DNA of 64,000 nucleotides from Eledone cirrhosa (taxonomy: Eukaryota): contig OZ024752.1 in the NCBI GenBank assembly GCA_964016885.1, forward strand, positions 35,588,001-35,652,000, read 5' to 3'. Shown piece by piece: positions 26,215-39,653 of the stretch. Made by a program: the position numbers and the translations under genes. The notes under the pieces are model-generated. The model ran no database searches, was not told the DNA's origin, and worked only from the letters and a program-made list of their open reading frames with translations. Every line of letters begins with the position of its first letter. The stretch's first letter is position 1.

Positions 26215-26480
26215 ATAATAATAAATTTGAAGACTAAAATCCAAAGAGGGCTCGATAAGGATAAATATATATCAAATATATAGGAACCGTAGAGCAAATA
26301 TTTATTAAAATAACAGATTAAAGTTTAAGCAAAGAATCGCTGCTTTCACCCTTAACGGGACCTTCTGACGGTTTTTGAAATATCCAGTTCTGCGTTTACA
26401 GATTGACTTTGTTAGTTTCAGAAGATCCCGTTAAGGGTGAAAGCAGCGATTCTTTGCTTAAACTTTAATCTGTTATTTTA

Positions 26481-26488
<8 letters not shown>
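26211..26488. mobile_element. Family E fold-back element (related copy at about 13915-14022)
   Basis: Arms about 26298-26368 / 26419-26488 with a degenerate hammerhead-like core CAGAAGA-tCCC..GGGt-GAAA; (TA)n on both sides. Confidence 0.65.
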
Positions 26489-26522
<34 letters not shown>

Positions 26523-26613
26523 TTGTTAAACAATATTCAATGATTATGTCAAAGACTACCTTGATTAAATCTTAACCATTTAACATCTCAGGGTATGTCA
26601 TGTATCTATATAA

Positions 26614-26662
26614 TTTGTCTGATGAGGACGTACTGTTGTACATCCGAAATATGTATAATAAA
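26614..26662 (+). ncRNA. Type I hammerhead ribozyme (family F; element about 26518-26710 in (TA)n)
   Basis: TTTGT-CTGATGA-GGAcGTAC-tgtt-GTACaTCC-GAAA-TATGTATA-ATAAA, with a canonical G10.1-C11.1 pair. A related partial copy lies at about 56637-56720 (-). Confidence 0.82.
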
Positions 26663-26704
26663 ATGTAATTGATCAAAAGAACATCTATTTTATTAATACT
26701 TATA

Positions 26705-26753
<49 letters not shown>

Positions 26754-26756
<3 letters not shown>

Positions 26757-27244
26757 TATGTATACGTATATACATATATGTATACGGACGTACAGTAGTA
26801 TGTATATATATATACATACATGCACACATATATATATGTACGTATGGGTTTACCGAACATTTATTATAATGCTAGGAATTATTAGCCGTACAGTGTGCAG
26901 CAACCATCGTTGCCCTATTGTTCAACACTGACAAAGGAACGATGAACTAGTTTCTAGCTTATTAGCTGTCATCAGCACCGCATACCTTCCTGTCAGTTGA
27001 TTGAACGTTTGAAAGTATATACTTTCCTTATGCATATTAACGGCTGAGCAGCCTAATTTGCATATCGAGTGAGTTAGTCGACCGGGCATACCGAAAACGA
27101 TAAATGGAAAAAATACAAACAAACCGAGCATTATAATAAATGTTCGGTAAACCCATACGTACATATATATATGTGTGCATGTATGTATGTATATACATGC
27201 TACTGTACGCCCGTATACATATATGTATGTACGTATACATACTT
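26754..27244. mobile_element. Element with ~120-bp imperfect inverted repeats in (TA)n
   Basis: 26754-26873 is the reverse complement of 27127-27244 (aagtatgtatacg...ttattataatgct). Confidence 0.7.
26939..26981 (-). ncRNA. Type I hammerhead ribozyme inside the inverted-repeat element 26754-27244
   Basis: GCGGTG-CTGATGA-cAGCT-aata-AGCTa-GAAA-CTAG-TT-CATCGT: 6-bp stem I, palindromic stem III ACTAGT, GUU site, C.A mismatch at 10.1/11.1. Confidence 0.68.
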
Positions 27245-27418
27245 AAATTTAAGTATCAGCCGTACTAAGAGTGGTAAATGAAATTTCATTTTTTCCATTT
27301 ATATATATTATATGTGTATGTATATATGTATATATATATATATACATATATGTATATATATATATATATATATGATAAAGAACACAAGAGCGTCTACAAC
27401 ATCAAAAGATTTTTATTG

Positions 27419-27463
27419 GCTTACAATGTTTCTTCCTTACGTAACCGTAGGATTCTTCAGAGC
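27419..27463 (-). ncRNA. Hammerhead-like ribozyme (insert 27372-27487 in (TA)n)
   Basis: GCT-CTGAAGA-aTCCTACG-gtta-CGTaAGGAa-GAAA-CAtTG-TA-AGC: GUA site, with an A.A mismatch at the base of stem II. Confidence 0.6.
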
Positions 27464-27918
27464 TATAAAAGGGGTTTGATTGGTGTTATATATATATATG
27501 TTTATATATATATGTATATATATATATATATATATATGTAAATATGTATATATATATGTATATATATATATATGTATATATATATGTATATGTAAATATG
27601 TATATATATATATGTATATATATATATGTATATATGTATGTATATATGTATATATGTATGTATATATGTATGTATATATGTATATATGTATGTATATATG
27701 TATATATATATATATGTATATATATATGTATATATATGTATATATATATATATGTATATGTATATATATATGTGTATATATATATGTGTATATATATATA
27801 TGTGTATATATATATGTGTATATATATATGTGTATATATATATGTATATATGTATAGATATATATGTTTATATGTATATATATATGTCTGTATATATGTA
27901 TATATATATATATATATA

Positions 27919-28382
27919 TACGATATTAAATAAATGGAAACTATATTTATAAAACCATATTTATTTCATTATATATATTTCAGGGATATCATATTAACAA
28001 TATGCTATGCCTTCCTCAGACAAAATACAATATAGACAGTTTTATAGATAAATAGATTTGACATACCGTTCAACATCGACTTGTATTTGAAAAGTTGATT
28101 TGGCAGTCTGCCAAATCAACTTTTCAAATACAAGTCGATGTTGAACGGTATGTCAAATCTATTTATCTATAAAACTGTCTATATTGTATTTTGTCTGAGG
28201 AAGGCATAGCATATTGTTAATATGATATCCCTGAAATATATATAATGAAATAAATATGGTTTTATAAATATAGTTTCCATTTATTTAATATCGTAAATAT
28301 ACTCCAAATACTTGTTGAGTGCTTTTATATCAGTTATAAATATTTACTAGTTGTAACCCAAGAATTTAAATATAACTTTCCA
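27919..28382 (+). mobile_element. Family A fold-back element, second copy; hammerheads at 28187-28252 (+) and 27962-28027 (-)
   Basis: Perfect 188-bp arms 27919-28106 / 28108-28295, core CTGAGGA...GAAA-TATATATA, tail with GAGTGCT at 28317. Confidence 0.85.
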
Positions 28383-28384
28383 TG

Positions 28385-28424
<40 letters not shown>

Positions 28425-28524
28425 TATGTCTGTATATATGTATATATATATATATATATACATCTGTATATATATATATATATATATATGTCTGTATATA
28501 TGTATATATATATATATGTCTGTA

Positions 28525-28584
<60 letters not shown>

Positions 28585-28634
28585 TGTATATATGTATATA
28601 TATATATTATTAGAAAGGTTGTTTTTTCATATAT

Positions 28635-29148
28635 GAGTGAAGTTTGGTTGGTTGATGCAGTCACGTGAATAAGCACATCAGCTTTCCCGCCAGTTTGTGT
28701 TTGAATTTCTTTTTACTTAAAAAAAGGGTGACTCACGAAGGCTTTTTTCTAATAAATGTAATTTGATTGGTTATAAATGAAATTATGACTGTCACGTGAA
28801 CAAGTACATTAAATTTCGCGCCCGTATTTTGGAATTTTTTTTTTTATAGCCATTTAGAGAATTTTGTGCCAAACAAAAGATAATGGTCAAGAAAAAGGGA
28901 TGGAGAGAGTTGTTCTGAGTATGACTGATGTGCTGAAATGTAATTTGATTGGTTATAAATGAAATTATAACTGTCACGTGAACAAGTACATAAAATTTCA
29001 CGCCCGTATTTGGGAATTTATTTTGTAGCCTTTTAGAGAATTTTGTGCCAAACAAAAGATATTCAAACAAAAAGAAATTCAAACACAAACTGGCGCGAAA
29101 ACTGATGTGCTTATTCACGTGACTGCATCAACCAACCAAACTTCACTC
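28635..29148. mobile_element. MITE-like element with ~80-bp TIRs and AT target-site duplication, nested in a family I-related element
   Basis: TIR gagtgaagtttggttggttgatgcagtcacgtg... Removing it with one AT restores catatattg, as in family I at about 23302. It contains two internal ~125-bp direct repeats. Confidence 0.75.
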
Positions 29149-29156
29149 ATTGTTCA

Positions 29157-29194
29157 CAAAGTTCTTTCGTTGCACATCTGCAACATCGTCAGTG
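29157..29194 (-). ncRNA. Hammerhead ribozyme, family I-related
   Basis: CA-CTGACGA-t-GTTGCA-gatg-TGCAAC-GAAA-GaaC-TT-TG. Stem II shows compensatory changes against family I (GTCACA/TGTGAC). Stem I is short. Confidence 0.65.
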
Positions 29195-29477
29195 GTGCTA
29201 TTATTTACGCCATCTTTATTTAATCTTTATTTAATCTTTATTTAATCTTTATTTAATCTGTTTATTTATTTATTTTTGTGTATATATTTATTTATTTATT
29301 TATATTTCTTTAGTCCAGAAATAGCCGTTGAAACGGCTTGAACTCTGCCGTCGGGGGTCATACTTTTTCCTATATATATATATATATATATATAAATATA
29401 TATATATATGTACATGTATGTGTGTGTGTAATAAGGAAATACAAAGCAGTTTCAGATGTTAAAGTCCTTTATTGATA

Positions 29478-29556
29478 AAGCTGTGATACATATTTCAATG
29501 ATGACAGTGGCCACACGCTTCGGTGTACCCAATGCCATGAATTCATCAGACAGCTT
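29478..29556 (-). ncRNA. Type I hammerhead ribozyme with long stem II (insert about 29430-29690)
   Basis: AAGCTGT-CTGATGA-(20-position stem II with 16 pairs)-GAAA-TATGTA-TC-ACAGCTT: perfect 7-bp stem I, AUC site. Confidence 0.8.
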
Positions 29557-29758
29557 CTTACATAATAAGGTTACTTTCCCGAGGCAATCCAAATTGAAAC
29601 GACAAGGGAACGGACAAATATGATATTGTTGAAGCCTTCACCCGTTCCCTTGGCTTCAAGAATATCATATTTCAGTCCTAATTATATATGAATGCATTCA
29701 TAGACTTTTAGAATTTAGATGGACATATTTACGTACACACTCACGCCATGCATACATA

Positions 29759-29798
<40 letters not shown>

Positions 29799-30028
29799 AT
29801 ACATATCATATATATATATATATATAATACAAATGGAAGTACAGCATAATCGAAGCCCTGGCTGCAGCTAAGCTAACGAATGCAATCGGAATGTGCAGCT
29901 AAGCACTCAATAAGGTATTTTACCTTAGAGTAATAACATTACGTTTAGACAGATTTGAAAATTGAAGACAGCGACCGGTAAGCCAGTCGCAGTGACCAAA
30001 GCAATATATATAGAGAGAGAAAGGGAGA

Positions 30029-30113
<85 letters not shown>

Positions 30114-30904
30114 TAAGGGGGCACGTATCTGTTAAATATTCAGTCCCTTCTGTGTTAATTAGAGGTAGTCCCATGTTTCTAACGACTGAAGCATTCGTTG
30201 GAAACTACAGAGGTAAAAAAACAACCCAGTGACAAACGTGTTAAAAACAAAAAACAAAATAGTCAAAGCGCCAGAGCTAAAAACTACCGGCCAACAGCTT
30301 GCATAATAAGATATGCAGTGGGTGTGTTATTTTGCTCTAGGCAGTATCAGTAGAGAGTAGGACGTCATGCTTTGCAGCATAGAGTTACGTCCCTTTGCAG
30401 TCTGAGTTCAAATCCTACTGAGGTTAACTTTGCCTTTCATCCTTACGGGATCGATAAAATAAAGTACCAGTAATGCACTGAGATAATTGCTGGCCTTGTG
30501 CCAAAAATAGAAAAAATTATTTTATTAGCTAAAGCGGCGGATTGGCAGTATCGATAGAGAGTCGCACAGACACCATGCTTTGAAGCATAGAGTTATGGCC
30601 CTTTACGTTCTGAGTTCAAATCCCGCTGAAGTTAACTTTGCCTTTCATCCTTACGGAGTCGATAAAATAAAGTACCGGTAATGCACTGGAAAATTTAATC
30701 TAGGCGGGATGTAACTCTATGCTGCAAAGCATGGCGCCCGACCCTCTACGATACCACCAATCCACCGTCCTGCAGCTGCTAATTAATAAAATTATACAAG
30801 AAGAAAAAATAGTAAAAACAAAATGTAGGAACATGGTTGTAAGTGTGACCAGAATACAAAATAAACTTCGATGGTATATTACAGTTTGTCAAAGTCTCAC
30901 AAAT

Positions 30905-31505
30905 ACTAGTAGCTTCGAAAACCGTCCATTGGACCCGGGTTTCGGAAATGCAGAGTGGCAACAAGGCCATGATTCCAGCTCTGAAGGACCATGGTGGGCG
31001 AATGCTATCCGACTCTGGACAAATGTGCGCTGTTTTCCAAGAGTACTTTGTCGAAGTGTTCGTGAGGAGTGAGGAACTGGAGATAAAAGGGTTTCGATGC
31101 CTACCTCGAAGTCTACAGCGACTCTTGACCAAGGAGGCAGAGTGTAGTGAAAAAACAACCCCGCCAGAAGAAGTGGCGAATGCACTGAGCTGCTATGCAA
31201 GGGGGAAACAATCAGGATGGTCTTCTCTACGAACTCTATCTTCAAATATCAGAATTGTACCCTATTGTCTTGGCAGTCGTCTTCTACGGTTGGCAGCAGA
31301 CTAGGAACATTTCCAGTCGTGTGAACCAGGGAGTGGTGGCCTTGCTGAGAAAGAACCCGAACAAGGGAGACAATAGAAAATTTCAGGTCCGCAATTCTAC
31401 TAAACATAAATTTAAAGATTTTAGCAAAAGAGATCGCCAAGGGGCTAGTACCTGTCGTCGGTAGCATAGTCAGGGATGCGGAAACATGTGTAACCCTGGC
31501 AGATC
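30905..31505 (+). pseudogene. Degenerate Tx1/L1-like LINE ORF2 fragment (RT N-terminal region)
   Basis: Frameshifted MCAVFQEYF, DGLLYELY and GVVALLRKNPNKGD..F motifs, followed by a degenerate LLN..FKILAK region. Confidence 0.7.
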
Positions 31506-33004
31506 TATTCACGATAGCCTTCATTTTTTTGTTGAAAATGGTTACATTATTGTTTTCGTTGAGTTCGAGACTTTTTAGTCGATGTAAACCCCACTTTCTG
31601 TTGCATTTCATCCTTGAATTGTCCCCATCTTGGGTCCTTGTGGATGTTGTTCCTCTGTCGGTATTCTGATTGCTAAATAACAAGCTCTCCTGCAGCTTTA
31701 GGTATCTAGCACTGTTCATATAGTTCTGGCTGTGCCAAGGAAACAAGCTTTCTGTAAAATCAGAAAATTAACCTCTGTAACAAACCATTGAAACTCCTAG
31801 CCACAGTCTCTAGGGTTCCTATTATATTTTCAGATTCTCTGCCTTTCGTAGTTTGGATCTTGGGGTTACAGGATATTTGTCAACCCAAATGGACCAAACT
31901 ATCACAGAACTTCGATTATTGGAAAAATAGCACCGTTCCTTAATTCATAAGCTACAGGCCGTCAGGGTATCTGGAACTATAAAAGTATCTAAGACCTTAA
32001 AATTTAAAAGATAAATCGCTGTGCATAAAACTTTTGCATGTCTACCAACCGTATTCTATTGTACAAAAGTGGATCCTCCAAGTTCCTAAGAAGAATTACT
32101 GTGGATCCTTTCTTCAATACGTGTCTGTGAGGTGGTACATCACATGACTCCAGGCTATTGAGAAATTTTGGGGTAATTTACAGTTTGTTTGGGAAACTGT
32201 ATACAGAATCCACCAACATCAAGTACCTTTTCACTTCGATCGTACCTTTTTTATACAATATTATGTAATAAGATGTTTGAATATAGTTTTACTGATACTG
32301 TGTATGTATTGAAAAATAACTCATTGTACATACATCTCTGAATTAGCCAATGTTCTCTAGCTTGAACGTCTAATGGCAGATTTCCTCGGTTTCTTTTTCA
32401 GACATTTTTCTGGTCACAGTATCTGACTTGAAGTAAGCAAATTCTTGAGTAGAAACATCCTTTGTTGGCTCGGATAAAAGGTACATAGTCTCCCTAAAGT
32501 TTAGTCAAATTTAATAGCTCTCCAACCTTCAACAGGAACACCTTTCTCTATTTTGACCAGTATTTCCAGGTGTATTATGAAGGAACTTGTTAATAAAGAA
32601 GTGTTTGAGCAAATGTAACTAACCCCCTGGAGTTTGAGCTTGCTGCGTTACAGTTATTTCTGATGAACACTGAATTACTGAACGACTAGACATCTTCTAG
32701 ATATTTGAAAGATTGTCTAGAAAACCTCACTTCTACTATAATGTATCTACCCATTTCATATTAGTTTACCTTGTCAGTAACAATTTCTTGATGCATATTC
32801 AATATAATAGCAACATCAAACATTTATTAGTGTACTTGAAAACACACTTTGTGGACCCCAGAACTCTACGTTAATACCAGTTTTAAATGTTTTGGAATGT
32901 AAATGCAATGTGGAAGAACTTATTTGTTATCTATTTTAAGCTATCATAGATACGATTTCTCTTAAGTGTGGTCAGAAATCCACACTCTTTCAGGTGTTCT
33001 ACAT

Positions 33005-33585
33005 ACAAGATATTTCTGTTGTTTGGACTGTATCTCTTCTATTAAAGTTATATCTGTTGTCTGGTCTGTGTCTCTTCTATAAAAGATAGCCCTGTTATTA
33101 GGTCTGTCTCTCTTCTATAAAAAAATATCCCTGTTGTTTGGTTTATGTCTGTTGTATTGTCTGTTGTATTGTCTGTTGTATTGTCTGTTGTATTGTCTGT
33201 TGTATTGTCTGTTGTATTGTCTATAAAAGATATCTGAGTTGTATAGTTGTGTGTCTTCTATAAAAGATATTTGTGTCTGTTGTGAGGTCTATGTCTCTTC
33301 TATAAAAGATGGCCCTGTTGTTTGGTTTGCGACTCTTCTATAAAAGAAATCCCTGTTGTCAGATCTGTCTTTTTTCTATATAAGATATATCTGTTGTCAG
33401 GTCTGTGTCTCTTCTATAAAAGATATTTCTGTTGTCTGTTTTATGTTTGTTGTATGGTCTGCCTCTCATCTATAAAAGATACCCGCTGTCAGGTCTGTAT
33501 CTCTCTTCTATGAGATATATTTGTTGTCAGGCCTGTGTCTCTTCTATAAAAGATATAAATGTTGTTTGGTTTGTGTGTCTCTTGC
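33005..33585. repeat. Degenerate ~40-bp tandem repeat with a nested 13-bp (ctgttgtattgt)-type array
   Basis: Recurrent tctcttctataaaagata..ctgttg motif. Confidence 0.75.
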
Positions 33586-36027
33586 AAGAACTGGTGGTGA
33601 TAATTCTTAGTATATTTAACATATTTCATGCAGGGACTTGTGTAGATTTAACCCTCAACAGGGACCCTGAATCATTTGTGTCTTGGTGATATCAATCAGG
33701 CATGGACTTTAGTTTAGTTCAGGTTACTCAGATGAAATCAATTTGAGAATTTCATAAGAATGAACATAACACAAAACCTTTATTTGTAACGGGGATCGAT
33801 ACATGTAACAGGCTTATATTTATTTATTTATTATGTCATATGTATCTTGGTTGATTGATACTAGATTAGTACCCCACTGGTTTCGTGGAGCCACTCGCTA
33901 ATTCATCAAGTCTGGATGAATTAGCGGATGGCCCTGCGAAACCTGAGTACCAGTCAACCAAGTTAGATATAATATATAATATTGTGTGTGTGTGCGCGTC
34001 TATATGTGTATATATGTGTGTGTGCGTATTTGTGTGTATGTGTGTGTGATTTTGAGTTTTTCCCATAACTTCAGACCTGTGAACTCTCCCCGACGGACGG
34101 AGAGATCTCCCACCCACTTTGGGATGGGTGAAAGATGTCTTCTCTCGTAAAAATGGGTATAGCTTTCATTATGTAAAATGGGCGGTGGGTTGGCAGTATC
34201 GGTAGAGCGTCAGACGCCATGCTTTCAAGTGTAGAATTACGTCCCTTTACGGTCTGAGTTCAAATCCCGCCGAGGTTAACTTTACCTTTCATCCTTACGG
34301 GGTCGATAAAATAAAGTACCAGTAATACACTGGGGTAATTGCTGGCCTTGTGCCAAAAGTGGAAAGAATTATGTAAAATCTCCCCATTTTGCCCCATTCT
34401 CCCCGTTTAGGGGAGGGGGGACACTTTTTTCATGCTACATGCTACTCTTCGTTTGGGTTTTTAGAGGTTGGCAGGTCTTTAACTTCTTTATGTCGTTTAA
34501 ACTTTAAGATCTCAGGGGATTGACGCCAAAGACAAAAATACCGGAATCCAGGGGAACCTGTAATGATTTATGACAATAAAAAATCGGTTTCTCTTAAGTT
34601 AGTTATTTATTCTCGGGAGCAAACTTAATCCTGAATCATCCTACTCGTTGCGTCAGTGTTATTGAGATATTATAATGAATTACTTCACTATGCTTCTAAA
34701 TGTAACATTCAACACACAATGATTAAATGGAGAAATGTAAATTTGCATAGTTATTGGGAGTCGACAATATCCCTTTCAAACATGCAATTTACAAGTCACG
34801 CACATCTAATTAGATGGAATATTTAAGAAGGTGACTCATTATTTGAAAGCGACTAACACTAACATTCGTAGGACGAAAACAAAGCTGCTCTGTCTTTCTC
34901 ATTTCTCCTTTTTCTTTCTTTTGTCCATTCATTATTCCGTCGAGGTTGACTTTGCCTTTCATCCTTACGGGGTCGATAAAATAAAGTACCAGTAATACAC
35001 TGGGATAATTGCTGGCCTTGTGCCAAAAGTAGAAACAATTATTTCATTATTGCTAGGGTGGTTAGGGCGGTGGATTAGCATTATCAGTAGAGGGTCGGAC
35101 GCCATGCTTTGCAGCATAGAGTTACGGCCCTTTATGATCTGAGTTCAAATCCCGCCGAGATTAAATTTGCATTTCACCCTTACGGGGGGTCGATAAAATA
35201 AAGTACCAGTCACGCACTGGGGTCAATTTAATCGACTTTCTCCTCCCCAAAAATTGCTGGCCTTGTACCTATATAAGAAACCATTATTGCTAGGGGCAGT
35301 GGATTGCCAGTAGGATCGGTGGAGCATCGGATGGAATGATTTGCGACATATAGTTACGGCTCTTTACGTTCAAATCCTGCCTAGGTTAGCTTTGCTTGTC
35401 ATCCTTGCGGAGATGATAAAATGATAAAATAAAGTACCAGTAATGTACTGGGGTCGATTTAATCGACTTTCCCCTCCCCAAAAATTGTTGGCCTTGTACC
35501 TAAATCAGAAACCATTATTTCGCTATTGTTATATAATTTTTCCTTTCTCTTTGTGTTCTGTATTTTGTTGGTTTCAGGTCTGCGGCTGTGGCCACCATTG
35601 ATAATTAATTTTACTATCTTGTCTCAATAATACATGGAATAATTCAAAGTATAAGTTTGTATGATTAAATGTGAGTATTTAACGAGCAAGTTTAAAGGTC
35701 ATGACGTCATGGAATTAGATCGATATATTTTCGCAATTCATAAAGTTGGCGATGGGCTGTGGGGGGTGATGGTGGTGGTGGGGGGTGGGGGTCGGGTTTT
35801 AATTACTTGGTGACTAAAAGCTAAAAGAAAAAAATTCCAGTTTCGGTGTAAACCGGGTGATATCTACGCCTGCTCGATGTGATAAATATATCGTCATCAT
35901 CATCATCATTATCATTATTATCATTATTATCATTATATACATTATTATCATTATTATTATCATTACATTATTATCATTATTATCATTATTTTCATCATAT
36001 ACATTATTATCATCATTATTATCATCA

Positions 36028-36220
36028 TGGCGGTGGATTGGCAGTATTGGTAGAGGGTCGGACGCCATGCTTTGACGCATAGAGTTACGGCCCTTGCCAT
36101 TCTGAGTTCAAATCCCGCCGAGGTTAACTTTGCCTTTCATCCTTACGGGGTCGATAAAATAAAGTACCAGTAATACACTGGGTAATTGCTGGCCTTGTGC
36201 CTAACATAGAAACAATTATT
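36028..36220 (+). mobile_element. tRNA-derived SINE, representative copy (core resembles the Meta/Sauria-SINE domain)
   Basis: A-box-like tggcagtattggtagag, B-box gagttcaaatcc, core ctttgcctttcatccttacggggtcgataaaataaagtaccag, and (att)n tail. About 25 copies in the window, e.g. 2368-2592(-), 14970-15170, 17089-17243(-), 18300-18648(-), 19425-19615(-), 21548-21748(-), 30339-30690, 34180-34370, 34935-35518, 36230-36540, 45275-45455, 48360-48978, 49800-50226(-), 59290-59480(-). Confidence 0.85.
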
Positions 36221-36715
36221 ATCATCATATCTGAGTTCAAATCCCGCCGTGGTTGACTTTGCCTTTCATCCTTACGGGGGTCGATAAAATAAAGTACCAG
36301 TAATGCACTGGGTAATTGCTGGCCTTGTGCCTAAAGTAGAAACAATTATTATCATCATATACCATATACAGTCAGAGGCGGCGAATTGCAGAGTCGTTAG
36401 AACATCAGATGGAATGATTTGCGGTATTCGTTCTGGCTCTCTCGTCGCTGAGTTCAAATACCGCCGAGGTCAATTTCCTTTTCATTTATTCAAGGTCGAT
36501 AATAAAAAGTACCAGTCAAGTACTGGGGTCGATTCTCCCTCTCTCTCTCTCTATATCTCTCTCTCACTTCCAGTCTCTCACTCTCTCTCTGTCCTTCTCT
36601 GGAAGAAATCTGCTGTATTTAGACCTGGAGAGGATATGACCTCTGCCAGGTTTTAAAATGTGCTAAGAAACACTGTATGTCGATGCGGCACCTCTACGAC
36701 TCCCTCGGGAGTTAC

Positions 36716-38895
36716 AGGCTCATCTCTTGTTAATGTATATTAACACTGGCGGTGAAGTACTGGAGTTGATTCTCCCTCAATATATCTTTCTCACTTCCTC
36801 TCCCTAACTTTCTATCCTTCTCTGGAAGAACACTGTTGTGTTCAAGCCTGGAGAGGAAACAGGCTCATCTCTTGTTAATGTATATTAACACTGGCAGTGA
36901 AGTACTGGAGTTGATTCTCCCTCAATATATCTTTCTCACTTCCTCTCCCTAACTTTCTATCCTTCTCTGGAAGAACACTGTTGTGTTCAAGCCTGGAGAG
37001 GAAACAGGCTCATCTCTTGTTAATGTATATTAACACTGGCGGTGAAGTACTGGAGTTGATTCTCCCTCAATATATCTTTCTCACTTCCTCTCCCTAACTT
37101 TCTATCCTTCTCTGGAAGAACACTGTTGTGTTCAAGCCTGGAGAGGAAACAGGCTCATCTCTTGTTAATGTATATTAACACTGGCGGTGAAGTACTGGAG
37201 TTGATTCTCCCTCAATAAATCTTTCTCACTTCCTCTCCCTAACTTTCTATCCTTCTCTGGAAGAACACTGTTGTGTTCAAGCCTGGAGAGGAAACAGGCT
37301 CATCTCTTGTTAATGTATATTAACACTGGCGGTGAAGTACTGGAGTTGATTCTCCCTCAATATATCTTTCTCACTTCCTCTCCCTAACTTTCTATCCTTC
37401 TCTGGAAGAACACTGTTGTGTTCAAGCCTGGAGAGGAAACAGGCTCATCTCTTGTTAATGTATATTAACACTGGCAGTGAAGTACTGGAGTTGATTCTCC
37501 CTCAATAAATCTTTCTCACTTCCTCTCCCTAACTTTCTATCCTTCTCTGGAAGAACACTGTTGTGTTCAAGCCTGGAGAGGAAACAGGCTCATCTCTTGT
37601 TAATGTATATTAACACTGGCGGTGAAGTACTGGAGTTGATTCTCCCTCAATATATCTTTCTCACTTCCTCTCCCTAACTTTCTATCCTTCTCTGGAAGAA
37701 CACTGTTGTGTTCAAGCCTGGAGAGGAAACAGGCTCATCTCTTGTTAATGTATATTAACACTGGCGGTGAAGTACTGGAGTTGATTCTCCCTCAATAAAT
37801 CTTTCTCACTTCCTCTCCCTAACTTTCTATCCTTCTCTGGAAGAACACTGTTGTGTTCAAGCCTGGAGAGGAAACAGGCTCATCTCTTGTTAATGTATAT
37901 TAACACTGGCGGTGAAGTACTGGAGTTGATTCTCCCTCAATATATCTTTCTCACTTCCTCTCCCTAACTTTCTATCCTTCTCTGGAAGAACACTGTTGTG
38001 TTCAAGCCTGGAGAGGAAACAGGCTCATCTCTTGTTAATGTATATTAACACTGGCAGTGAAGTACTGGAGTTGATTCTCCCTCAATAAATCTTTCTCACT
38101 TCCTCTCCCTAACTTTCTATCCTTCTCTGGAAGAACACTGTTGTGTTCAAGCCTGGAGAGGAAACAGGCTCATCTCTTGTTAATGTATATTAACACTGGC
38201 AGTGAAGTACTGGAGTTGATTCTCCCTCAATAAATCTTTCTCACTTCCTCTCCCTAACTTTCTATCCTTCTCTGGAAGAACACTGTTGTGTTCAAGCCTG
38301 GAGAGGAAACAGGCTCATCTCTTGTTAATGTATATTAACACTGGCAGTGAAGTACTGGAGTTGATTCTCCCTCACTATATCTTTCTCACTTCCTCTCCCT
38401 AACTTTCTATCCTTCTCTGGAAGAACACTGTTGTGTTCAAGCCTCGGGAGTTACAGGCTCATCTCTTGTTAATGTATATTAACACTGGCGGTGAAGTACT
38501 GGAGTTGATTCTCCCTCAATATATCTTTCTCACTTCCTCTCCCTAACTTTCTATCCTTCTCTGGAAGAACACTGTTGTGTTCAGGCCTCGGGAGTTACAG
38601 GCTCATCTCTTGTTAATGTATATTAACACTGGCAGTGAAGTACTGGAGTTGATTCTCCCTCAATATATCTTTCTCACTTCCTCTCCCTAACTTTCTATCC
38701 TTCTCTGGAAGAACACTGTTGTGTTCAAGCCTGGAGAGGAAACAGGCTCATCTCTTGTTAATGTATATTAACACTGGCAGTGAAGTACTGGAGTTGATTC
38801 TCCCTCAATAAATCTTTCTCACTTCCTCTCCCTAACTTTCTATCCTTCTCTGGAAGAAAACTGTTGTGTTCAGGCCTGGAGAGGAAACAGGCTCC
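36716..38895. repeat. 145-bp tandem repeat, about 15 copies
   Basis: Period 36861, 37006, 37151. The unit derives from the adjacent SINE tail and dispersed-repeat junction at about 36515-36750. Confidence 0.95.
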
Positions 38896-39165
38896 ACCAG
38901 GTTTCAAATACCCAAGAAATGCTGTATGCCACGTGTTACGGGACCATGCATGCACTCTACTTAATCTGGTCTGTATGTGTGCGGGTCTTCACTCACATTG
39001 TTTGTATATATGTATATATATATGTACGTCAATACTCATCTTTTTCCATTTATCTGAGGGTTCTAAACCCCATTATCAGGCTAAAATTCCTTTAGTCAAA
39101 AATACGGTGAAAGCTATTCTATTTTCTAATTTCAAACCTGCTCACTGTTTCAAAACATACTTACT

Positions 39166-39275
<110 letters not shown>

Positions 39276-39604
39276 TTAATATAGATGAGATTCTACAGGA
39301 CTAGAACTGTTTCATTCATTAGAAATCATCAGGAATCTCTATTAAAACTGTTATACTCTGCTATGTATTGAGTACCTTACTTACTGTGGTTACCTCCGAT
39401 TCAACCCGGAATAACGTATATATATATATATATATATATAGGAACGAGTAGGACCCCGACGGCTGAGCTCAAGCCGTTTCGACGGCTAATTCTGGACTAA
39501 ACTAAATTTGGGTCCTACTCGATCCTATTACCAACTCTACTACCCTAAGTATTGAGTACTTTGGTGCGTTATGGTCCACCTGGTTCCTTACCACATTTCC
39601 TTCG

Positions 39605-39653
<49 letters not shown>

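Noticed and set aside
25335-26237. 300-aa repeat ORF
   Set aside because: An open frame of a 96-bp tandem repeat that starts at GTG and runs into (TA)n, with no synonymous-site pattern. Kept only as an RNA-structure candidate.
31520-32990. Possible host exons in this non-repetitive-looking stretch
   Set aside because: No sustained ORF with convincing splice sites; more likely a decayed LINE on the minus strand, too degenerate to call.
36028-36120. tRNA genes at SINE heads
   Set aside because: A and B boxes are present but there is no cloverleaf, and they continue into the SINE core and tail.
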